Assembly: GCF_964194155.1 (NCBI RefSeq)
Contig: NC_135906.1
Span: 28,768,001 to 28,832,000 of the forward strand
Length of the DNA stretch: 64,000 nt
Reading direction: 5' to 3'
Source: Cetorhinus maximus
Lineage: Eukaryota
A program made the position numbers and the translations under genes. The notes beneath the pieces are model-generated. The model had not been told where the DNA came from. It saw only the letters and a list, made by a program, of their open reading frames with translations, and made no database searches. Positions 51,050-61,365 of this stretch are shown here, piece after piece. Numbering within the stretch: position 1 is the stretch's first letter; every line of letters begins with the position of its first letter.

Positions 51050-53965
51050 ATGGTAGTGGTCATGGGTTTGGAAGGTGCTGTCCAAGGATCCTTGGTGAAT
51101 TCTTGCAGTGCATCTTGTAGATGGTACACACTGCTGCTACTGTGCATCGGTGATGGAGGGAGTGAATGGTTGTGGATCTGGTGCCAATCAAGCGGGCTGC
51201 TTTGCCCTGGACGATGTCAAGCTTCTTGAGTGTTGTGGGAGCTGCACTCATCCAGGCAAGTGGGCAGTATACCATCGCACTCCTGACTTGTGCCTTATAG
51301 ATGATGGACAGGCTTTAGGGAGTCAGGAGGTAAGTTACTCGTCACACGATTCCTAACCTCTGATCTGCTCTTGTAGCCACAGTATTTATATGGCTAGTCC
51401 AGTTCAGTTTCTGGTCAGTGGTAACCCCTAGGATGTTGATAGTGGGGGATTCAGTGATCGTAATGCCATTGAACATCAAGGAGCGATGGTTAGATTCTCT
51501 CGTTGGAGATGGTGATTGCTTGACACTTGTGTGACGCAAATGTTACTTGCCACTTGTCAGCCCAAGCCTGGATATTGTCCAGGTCTTGTTGCATTTGGAC
51601 ATGGACTGCTTCAGTATCTGAGGAGTCGTGAATGGTGCTGAACATTGTGCAATCATCAGCGAACATCCCCACTTCTGACCTTATAATGGAAGGAAGGTCA
51701 TTGATGAAGCAGCTGAAGATGGTTGGGCCGAGGACACTACCATGAGGACCTCCTGCAGTGATGTCCTGGAGCTGAGATAACTGACCTCCAACAACCACAA
51801 CCATCTTCCTTTGTGCTAGGTACGACTCCAACCTGAGGAGAGTTTTCCCCCTGATTCCCATTGAACCCAGGGCTCCTTGATGCTGCACTCGGTCAAATGC
51901 TGCCTTTATGTCAAGGGCAGTCACTTTCACCTCACCTCTGGAGTTCAGCTCTTTTGTCCATGTTTGAACCAAGGCTATAATGAGGTCAGGAGCTGAGTGA
52001 TCCTGGCGGAACCCAAACTGGGCGTCAGTGAGCAGGTTATTGCTAAGCTAGTGCTGCTTGATAGCACTGTTGATGACTCCTTCCATTACCTTACTGATGA
52101 TTGAAAGTAGACTGTCAGGGCGGTAATTCGCTGGGTTGGATTTGTCCTGCTTTTAGTGTACAGGACATATCTGGGCAATTTTTCACATAGCCGGGTAGAT
52201 GCCAGTGTTGTAGCTGTACTGGAACAGCTTGGTTAGGGGTGCGGCAAGTTCTGGAGCACAAGTCTTCAGTAGTATTGGCGGCATATTGTCAAGGCCCATA
52301 GCCTTTGCAGAATCCAGTGCCTTCAGTCGTTTCTTGATGTCACGTGGAGTGAATCAAATTGGCTGAAGACTGGCATCTGTGATGCTGGGGACCTCCGGAG
52401 GAGGCCGAGATGAATCATCCACTCAACACTTCTGGCTGAAGATTGTAGCAAATGCTTCAGCCTTATCTTTTGTGCTGATGTGCTGGGCTTCTCCATCATT
52501 GAGGATGGGGATATTTGTGGAGCCTCCTCCTCCAGTGAGTTGTTTAATTGTCCACCACCATTCACGACAGGACGTGGCAGGACTGCAGAGCTTAGATCCG
52601 ATCTGTTGGTTGTAGGATCGTTTAGCTCTGTCTATCACTTGCTGCTTATGCTGTTTGGCACGCAAGTAGTCCTGTGTTGTAGCTTCATCAGGTTGACACC
52701 TTATTTTTTAGGTATGCCTGGTGCTGCTTCTGTCATGCCTTCCTGCACTCTTCATTGAACCAGGGTTGATCCCCTGTCTTGATGGTAATGTTAGAGTAGG
52801 GGATATGCTGGGCCATGAGGCTATAGATTGTGTCCAAGTACAATTCTGGCACTGCTGATGGCCCACAGCACCTCATGGATGCCCAATCTTGAGTTGCTAG
52901 ATCTGTTCGAAATCTATTCCATTTAGCACAGTGGTCGTGCCACACAACACGATGGAGGGTATCCTCAATGTGAAGGCAGGGCTTCACCTCCACAATGACT
53001 GTGTGGTGCTCACCCCTGCCGATACTGTCATGGACAGATGCATCTGCGGCAGACAGGTTGGTGAGGATGAGGTCAACTATGTTTTTCCCTTACCACCTGC
53101 CGCAGACCCAGTCTAGCAGCTATGTCATTTAGGACTCGGCCAGCTCGGTCAGTAGTGGTGCTACTAAGCCACTCTTGGTGATGGACATTGAAGTCCCCCA
53201 CCCAGAGTACATTCTGCACCCTTGCCACCCTCAGGGCTTCCTCCAAGTGGTGTTCAACGTGGAGGAGCACTGATTCATCAGCTGAGGGAGGGTGGTACGT
53301 GGTAATCAGCAGGAGGTTTCCTTGCCCATGTTTGACCTGATGCCGTGAGACTTCATGGGGTCCGGAGTCGATGTTGAGGATCCCAGGATAACTCCCTCCT
53401 GACTGTATGCTGCTGTGCTGTCACCTCTGCTGGGTCTTCCCTACCGGTGGAACAGGACATACCCAGGGAAAGTGATGGTGGTGTCTGGAACAATGCCTGT
53501 AAGGTATGATTCCGTAAGGATGACAGTGGGAGGCTTGTTTGACTAGCCCGCAGATGTTAGTAAGGAGCACTTTGCAGGGTTGACAAGGCTGAGTTTGCCA
53601 CTGGTGGTCTGTCCGGGTTCATTCCTTTTTTGTGACTTTGTGAGCAGTTTGTTACAATTGAAAGGCTTGCTGGGCCACTTCAGAGTCAACCACGTTGCTC
53701 TGGGTCTGGAGTCACAGATAGGCCAGACAGATTTCCTTCCCTAAAGGGGCATTAAGGAACCAGATGGGTTTTTACAAAAATTTGGTCATCATTGGACTTT
53801 TAATTCCAGATTTGTTTTTAATTGAATTCAAATTCCACCATCTGCCATGATGGGATTGAAACCCAGAGCATTATTCTGGGTGTTTGGATTACCAATCCAG
53901 CAAAAATACCGCTACGCCGGCAACAATACCACTACGCCGGCAACAATACCACTACGCCATCGCCT
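51050..53965 (-). mobile_element. Single-ORF APE-RT non-LTR retrotransposon (CR1/L2 group, clade unassigned), decayed, with tRNA-like 5' head; 3' end truncated
   Basis: ORF fragments WVGDFNVHH (APE), ALDIKAAFDRV, GSVLGP and FADD (RT), MSAAPTTLKKLD; 53660-53965 resembles the SINE at 7885-8200. Confidence 0.88.
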
Positions 53966-54300
53966 CCAAGACTGCTGGTCATCATTAAGGGGGAAAGTGT
54001 TAGAATGCTGAGAGCACTCTGCCTTTCTTTATACACTGCCCTGGGTCCTTACTGCACACCTGAACCATCAGAAATGGTAGACAGCACTGCTGACAATGCA
54101 GCACATCCATTATTGCACTGAAGAGTCAGCTTTATCAACTCCAGCCCTATTGTGGGATTTAAGCCGCAGCCATCTGACTCTGAGGTGAGAACACTACAAA
54201 CTGAACCAAGCTGAAATAATGAATCATTGATAATGTTATCCTATAAAGTACATGCTCAGGCATAACATTGTAACTGTTTCGTGTGTGATAATCTCCTCAG

Positions 54301-54442
54301 TCGTGTCATTATGATCACCCATCGGGAGCTGGAAAGCATGAGGCGACACAAAAACAGGAGAGTGAGACCAGTTGGCAGACAACCACACATCTCAAAAGGA
54401 GCAACAAATGTACCATATTCAGTGAAGAGGAAAGATCTATGA
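54301..54442 (+). CDS. BRME1: BRME1 last coding exon (RVIMITHRELESMRRHKNRRVRPVGRQPHISKGATNVPYSVKRKDL*)
   Basis: atctcctcag acceptor, phase 2, TGA at 54440-54442. Matches human RLIMGTHRDLEAFKR...PYPSKG. Confidence 0.92.
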
Positions 54443-54828
54443 AAAATATTACAACTTGCAACCTGATATTTACAAAGTATTTACTGCCCAGAAACAGGCT
54501 ATTCAGCCCAATAGGTCCATGCTGGTTTCAATGCTCCACACAACCTTCCTTCCCTTCTTAATATAACCCCATCAATATATGCTTTTATTCCTTTCTCCCT
54601 CACATGCTTACTAGCTTCCCCTTAAATGCATCCACACTAACTGCCTCAGCTACTCCTTGAGGAGCAAGGTTTACATTCTAACCACCGTCTGGTATAAGAA
54701 GTTTCTCCTGAATTCCTTATTGGATTTATTAATGATTGTTTTATACTTATATCTCCCAGTTCTGATCTTGCCTGTAAGTAACATCTTCTCTATATATATT
54801 CTATCAAACAATTTCATAATTTTAAATA

Positions 54829-55838
54829 CGGTAAGCCCAAACTTAAAGTTGTAGTTCCATTCCTGAAAAACGCAACTTTTAATGAAACAATTTTAAGAAA
54901 ATCAAATTTTCCCTTTAAAACCAATGTAAAAACTATAGTTAGGTACTTTAGGACGTTTCTCTTCAGGAAAAGCATTAAAACATTATACCCTGTAAGCTGG
55001 AATACTTTACATTACTAAATTCGAATATTGACAAATGAAATAAAATCAATTTTAAAATATAAAAGAGCTATGCTAATTTCTACTTACCTCCTGCTCATCG
55101 CTGATCCTGTTCATCGCTGATCCTGCTCATCGCTGATCCTGCTGTGTGCCACACATCCCGCTCCCTGACCCTCATTCTCCCTGCTGACCCTCTGGTTTGC
55201 AGCCTCTGCCACTTTCTAACCCTCCCTCTCACTGCAGACCCTCTGGTTTGTGGCCTGTGCCACTCCCTGACCCTCCCGGTTATTGCAGACCATCTGGGTT
55301 GTGCCCTGTGTCACTACCAGACCCTTCCTCTCACTGCTAATCCTCTGGTTTGAGACCTCTGCCATTCCCTGACCCTCCTGGTTGCTGCGGACCCTCCGGT
55401 TCATGGCCTCTGCTGCTCCCTGGCCATCCTGCTCGCTGCTCCCCTCTCCCGAACGCTTGCCGTGAGTGAGGGCACTGGAGATGAGTGGCTAGAGGCAGGA
55501 GGAGCAGCTTCAAATTGCAGGAGGTAAATCGTGAACCGGAGGGTCTGCAGCAACTGGTATGGACAGTGAGCAGCAGAAACTGCAGCAAAACAAGTCTATG
55601 GGCCAAGTGCTGGTGAATGGTATTAGGTAGGTAAGTCAGGTGTTTCTCACGTGTTGGTGCAGACTCGATGGGCTGAAGGGCCTCTTCTGCACTGTGATTC
55701 TGTGAAAATGGTGCCGATTCACCCACAAGGTCCTACATCAGACTTACTTGGTGCTAAATGATAATGCCGGCCTCATCAACTGACTGAAGTTAAAGCGAAA
55801 TGACTTAAAACAGGGTGACTCAAAACAGGGACTTACTG
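54829..55838. mobile_element. Non-autonomous Tc1/mariner-pogo (Tigger-like) DNA transposon with TA target duplication
   Basis: TA|CGGTAAGCCC ... GGGACTTACTG|TA imperfect terminal inverted repeats; no transposase ORF; internal 18-bp and 51-bp tandem repeats. Confidence 0.72.
55158..55412. repeat. 51-bp degenerate tandem repeat x5, preceded by an 18-bp repeat x3 (about 55090-55143)
   Basis: Units of the form ccactccctgaccctc...ctgc(a/t)gaccctctggtttgtggcctctg. Confidence 0.85.
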
Positions 55839-58800
55839 TACCTTTACCAGGTCACCCCTTGGTCCTCCCTTTTCTCGAGAAAATAGCCTCAATCTCTCCT
55901 GATAGGTATAACCTCTCAGTTCTGGTATCAACCTGGTTAATCTTTTTTTGCATCTTCACCAATGCCTCTATATCCTTTTTTAAAATGTGGAGACCAGAAA
56001 TGTTCCAAATATGATCTAACCAAAGTTCCATACAAGGTTAATATAACTTTGCTGCTTTTAAATTCTAACCCTCCTAAAAATGAACCCCAGTGTTTTGCTT
56101 GGTTTTTTTTAATTGTCTTATTAACCTTCATCACTACTTAGCTTTTTGTATATCTCTATCCGCAGATCCCGCTGCTCCTCTAACTCATTTAGACATGTAC
56201 TTTCCAAGGGGTATGCAGCCTCCTCATTATTCCTACCAATTGGAACACCTCACACCTCTCTGTATTGAAATTAATTTGCCAATTTCATGCCCGTTCTGAA
56301 AGTTTATTAATATGTTCCAGCATTTTGTTACAATCCTCCATAGTATTAACAATAGCCTCCCCTTAACCCCCACCCCGCCGCCCCCAAATTTGGTGTCATC
56401 TGCATATTTTGAATTTGTACTTCTGACTCCCCCAAATGTAAACTGTTTATGTAAATGGTGAACGACAGTGGTCCCAGTTTCAATCCTTGTGGATTGCCAC
56501 TTAACACCCGTTGCCAGCCTGAATAATTACCTTTAACTTTTACTCTGTGTTTTCTGTTTTATATCCAGCTTTAAATTGTCATAAGAGCAAAGATTGCTGC
56601 CTTTGGTAAAAATATTGGGGAGGAGGGATGGAAAAATTAAGGAAGAGGAACAGAAACGAAAAGGTCACCTTCAGCAGGCTGATTTACATCTGCCACAAAG
56701 CAGGGATTATTGTAAAATGGTTATCTGAAAAATACAATGCAAGGGGCTTTAACAGTGAAGGAAACAACTAGTAAGTGTAGTTAAAACCCCAATGGGAATC
56801 ATTCTCATCACTGGGCAGAAATTTCAGTCATGGCTGTTCTTGTGTAGTCCCTTTCTCACCTTGTATGAGAACAGTACCAGCTAGAACTTTTAAATTTAGG
56901 TGTAGTGATTCATAAACGAGTGTGAGAGAATGTCCTCTGGTCAGTATTTCTCTTTAAGTTACAAAGTATAGTATACTCCAATGCAAAGGGCTGGCATGGA
57001 CAAGATGGGCTGAATGGCCTCCTTCTGTGCTGTAACTTTTCTATGGTTCTAATGTTTACTCCAATGTTTGTAAATCTGAATATAGTGATTGGGGAAAGTC
57101 ACCCCCTCAGAATTACAGGCATAATCTGAGTTTGTTGGTTAAATGGCATGTGTTAGAGTATACTCCTGCAATGAATGACTGTTCAGTAGGTAACAGGTGC
57201 CACCAGCTCACTTATTAGCAAATATTGTTGTCTCATTATGTTCAAATGTTTGTAAACTGTAACTGAAATAAAGTTTACTCAAGCAGATTTGCGTATATCA
57301 GAAGTTAGAAAGTTTTGTTTTTGCGGCGCACAGATATTGAACATCAGAGCCTCATCTCAGCTCACCATGGGTAAGAATCCCTCTGGTTGCTGTGTGCAAT
57401 AATGTCTTTAAGCTCATTGGTAAAAGTTCCCTCAGTTTGCCAATTCTAATGGAATTAGACACAGACAGACTAGAAGAATTCTTGCTCACTGGTCATTCTG
57501 TAGCTATCTTGAAAGAAAGCACAAATTGAAACTCAGCAGTAATTCCAGGTCTGCAGGGGAGTAAACACATTGTCAGCTCTCCAAGCTTCGCAGTGAGAAT
57601 CTCCTGTGTGGTCTTACCAGCCGAGTGTTTTATTGGCTGCCACTTTAACCCTCCTGCTGATAAGATACTTCAATCAAAATACCAAGATGCAAATTTTGAT
57701 TGGTATTATTTGGAGAGGTTTCATCACATGACTTCCAACCCCACGCTCCCATCATTAGTGGCTCATCGTGCTGCCGCTTTGCCATTCCGTACCAATTGGA
57801 AAGTGAACAAACTCTTCTGTTACCTAATCAGGTCCATCAGTCTTTTCCCCATCTCCAATATTTTTGCAACAAACAAAAGTATTCAAAAGGAAATGAAAAA
57901 GAACACTTTTTTTTAATGCCCCTGTGATTATTTTTCTCTCTTGCCGATTTTCTCACAGCAGTGTCCCATTCCTGGAGACTCCAGGACAATCCTGGCAAGT
58001 TGGCCACTCTAGTAGCTTATACCTCCTAAAGGCAGGGGGGGTGGTTTAATCAGGAGGAGGGCCAAGATCTGAAGAGCACTGTAAATTAGGTATTAAACAG
58101 CAAAGCTGAAGATAGACTTGTGGCAATGGAAAGGATTCAGTAGGGCCCTAGAATGATTAGCAATCAGCCTCAGGACTCAGTGGCACCATTTGTTGATTTT
58201 CACAGCAACACCTATGAGTTAACCACGTGTCACTTGTTTCACATCACTGTTCCTAGCTAACAAAGAGATTGTCAAGGACTTATCCCCTTCCTTTTTTATA
58301 GTGTAATTTTAGTAGCATAAGGAGAATTAAAAAGATTTCAAGTCTGCAAAGTGGTTTCACTACACTGACACTGCAACAATAAAAATCATTTTCCGTGGTC
58401 CGACAGCACAGTGAAACCTCACCTACAGCCAACATATACTGGAAAATCCGACCGATGGGTTGTGGCTTTGGTGGTGTGGATTTCACCCTCTGGGATGAAC
58501 ACAGTAGCTTGCGCCCCCCCCCCCCCCCCTCCCCAAGTAGCTTCGCTATGAATTAGCCGAGCAGGGGAGGGGACAGAAGTCATAGGCTGCTGTGTCTCAC
58601 CTCAGGAGCTACATCTTTACAAGGCTGCCTAGTTGGGGCAGAGCCAGGGATCTGCAGCCAGCAGCCATGACCGTTTTGTCACACTCCATGATCATAGCGC
58701 TCCTCGTCTGCAGGAGGACATCTTAAAAGTGCTTATATCAGAGCTGGCAAAAAATAGGGGGAAGACAGTGGCGTAGTGGTCATGTCATTGGACTAGTAAT

Positions 58801-60353
58801 CCCAAGACCCAGGCTAATGCCCTGGAGACATGGGTTCAAGCCCCTCTATGGTAGCTGGTGGAATTTGAACTCAGTTAATAACAAAACTGAAAACCCATCT
58901 CAGTAATAATGATCATGATTGATGATTGTAAAAACCCATCTGGTTCATTAGTGCCCTTCAGGGAAGGAATCTTGCCATCCTTACCTGGTCTGCTCTACGT
59001 GTGACTCCAGACCCACAGCGATGTGGTTGACTTAGTCACCCTTTGAAATGGTCAAGCAAGTCACTCAATTCAAGGGCAGTTAGGGATGCTGGCCTTACCA
59101 GTGACACCCACATCACCCATGGAAGAATGAAAAGGACACCAAGATGGGGGGATGGGGGGGGGGTACAAAAAAAGTGTCTTTTCATCCTATGTTCCACCCT
59201 TTGCCCCTGTTAGAGACCATTAAGCAGAAGTGTTTTTCAATCTGATTTAAAACCACAGTTGAACTAGCAGAAGATTTGAACGGGTTAAATCGCTGCCTGG
59301 ACCAGACCAGACAAACACACACTTGATGGGTGATTCTCTTGATGCCTTTTCTATTGAACCTATAAAGGAGGCAGAGAGGTGCCCTACTGATGCCGAACAA
59401 AAACCCAACTAAAGGTGCCCACCCCTCACCGCGGCACCCCACCCCCCCCCCACCACCCCACCCCCGCAACCCCCACCCCCCCTTCTTAAATGTGCAAAAC
59501 TAAAAAAATTTATGAGCTTTAAATCATTCACATTTGCCCTTCAATTCCTGCGGGTCCCACTTGTTTGAGTTTTGAGTTCCGTTCCTGAGCACTGGGATTA
59601 GTTTCAGCATGAGCTTTGGAAAATTGCCAGAGACAGAGCCAGTGGAAGGAGCTGGATGAAGTGGAGAGAAGTCTCTGAAGTGATTACACAGGAATGGTCC
59701 TGGCCCCGAGTTAATTTCAGCAACCACACACAGACGGTGGTGGGCAAAGAGTTACCCAAAGGAACCCCCTCAATCCCTCAACAAAAACCAAAAACAGCTG
59801 GAAAAACTCAGCAGGTCTGACAGCATCTGTGGAGAGGATTTCCAGCATCCCGCACTATTTTGGTTTTTATCCACTCAATCCCCCCAGTGTCCGGCCAACA
59901 GCCCCCGTTTACTTTTCATCCGCAGCCTCTGTCGCATTTGCCGAACTGCATCGCTTCCAATCATTTGCAAATTCAGTGGCCGCTGCTGACCCACTGATGG
60001 ACGGGAGCAGTTGGTTGGGCGCCACCCTCCTCATGCTTTTGGCTGGGGGTTTACTCAGGATGAAGACACCCTTCTTAAGGGCTGTTGGCCGACCAGTTGG
60101 CCGGAGTGCTGCAGCCACTCGCCCACTCACTGGCGGCAGAGGTGGAATGTGGTGACCACAGAAGTGGATTTAACGGTGCCCCCCACAGTCGAATAGTCTA
60201 GTCCGTGCTCGCTGCCTGGACAGGCACAAAAAGAAAGGCCAGCTGGGGGTTGTCAAAAGGATCGGAAAGGACCAAGTGTCATTTTCACTGTCATTTGTAC
60301 TTCAAAATTGCATTAATACGACAAAATCCTTTTTAATTATAAGAAAGTTTTTT

Positions 60354-60359
60354 TTTATT
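60354..60359 (-). terminator. Candidate nanos3 polyadenylation signal AATAAA (ATTAAA also at 60332-60337)
   Basis: First AATAAA on the minus strand, about 210 nt after the stop codon, in an AU-rich stretch. Confidence 0.55.
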
Positions 60360-60570
60360 CAGAACGGTATAAATCTATAATATTTAAACAAAGTGATGGT
60401 TAAAGATAGTGACTTCCCATTGTTGAGTAAACTGACTTGTCCTGACAGCTGACACTGAGACCAGAACACGTCCGAAACAGACCTTCACTGAATATTACAG
60501 GCGTTCAGAAACAACCCTTACAGCGTGTGGGAGACATCAAACTCTTCCTTTCATTGTTCATCCAGGTGAC

Positions 60571-61365
60571 TTATAAATGCCGTGTCCCTTGGTGCTTCTT
60601 GTACATTGACCTGTAGTTACCTGGCAGCAGGTGACAGAAGCGCTTGGTATGTGCGTTGTCACCAGTCGCATGGCACAGTGGACAGGTGTACCCACGGAGA
60701 ATGGGGCACACGATGCTGCCGTTCGCACCTTTCAGAACATGCGAGGAGTAGACTTTCTTCGACTCTCCGTTTTGTTTGCAGAAGGTGCACACGCTGCAAC
60801 CTTGACTGATCTTGCCGGCGGGCTGTGCAGCAGCCGAGTCGCATTTTGTTTCCTCCCCCCTCTTATCCCCCCAGAGGCGGGGGGCTAAAAGCTCAGGCTC
60901 CTGATGTCCAGAACTGACTGTCGATTCAAACAGGTCTCCCAGCACATTGTGCCTTTGGACCCCTCCCATGCACCTCTGTGCCAGGGTATCCTTGCTACTG
61001 GGTTTCCCACCAATCAAACCACGCTGTCCTTCCGTGTCTCTGTTGCAGTTCATGAAATCAAGCCAGCTGTGTCTTTCTGTTTCACCTCCGCAATGCATTT
61101 TTTCTACGCCTCTGGTGTTTAATGTCAAGTAGAGTCCAGCGCCGATTTCCATAGTTAAGCTGTGACTCCCTGTATTTGCTGGTCTGTGTTGCAGCTGAGG
61201 GACTCTGTCCTCCAGTTCCCGCCTTTCCACTTGCCCAGTCCTCAACTGCCTTTCCATTGGCTCCATGTTCGAATGGGTTTCCCTGTGCCGAGATTGGAAA
61301 ATGCTCTCCAGCACCTGACTCAATCCGAGATAGTCAGTCCAAATGTCGAAGGCTCTGTTTGCCAT
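60571..61365 (-). CDS. NANOS3: Nanos homolog, most likely nanos3 (264 aa from MANRAF), single coding exon
   Basis: N-terminal NOT1-interacting motif FDIWTDYLGL; C-terminal tandem CCHC fingers CTFCKQNGE..H..C..C..C..H..C; YRSMY tail like NANOS3 YTSVY; GAGATGG Kozak context. Adjacency to BRME1 and CC2D1A supports nanos3 over nanos2. Confidence 0.88.
   Translation of the reverse strand: MANRAFDIWTDYLGLSQVLESIFQSRHRETHSNMEPMERQLRTGQVERRELEDRVPQLQHRPANTGSHSLTMEIGAGLYLTLNTRGVEKMHCGGETERHSWLDFMNCNRDTEGQRGLIGGKPSSKDTLAQRCMGGVQRHNVLGDLFESTVSSGHQEPELLAPRLWGDKRGEETKCDSAAAQPAGKISQGCSVCTFCKQNGESKKVYSSHVLKGANGSIVCPILRGYTCPLCHATGDNAHTKRFCHLLPGNYRSMYKKHQGTRHL

Larger units (their letters stand above)
54490..56570 (-). 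mobile_element. Old CR1 fragment split by a DNA transposon at 54829-55838
   Basis: CR1-like sequence ataattttaaaTA...TAcctttaccaggtcacccc resumes across the insert; ORF 55937..56134 reads LYGTLVRSYLEHFWSPHFKK. Confidence 0.75.
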
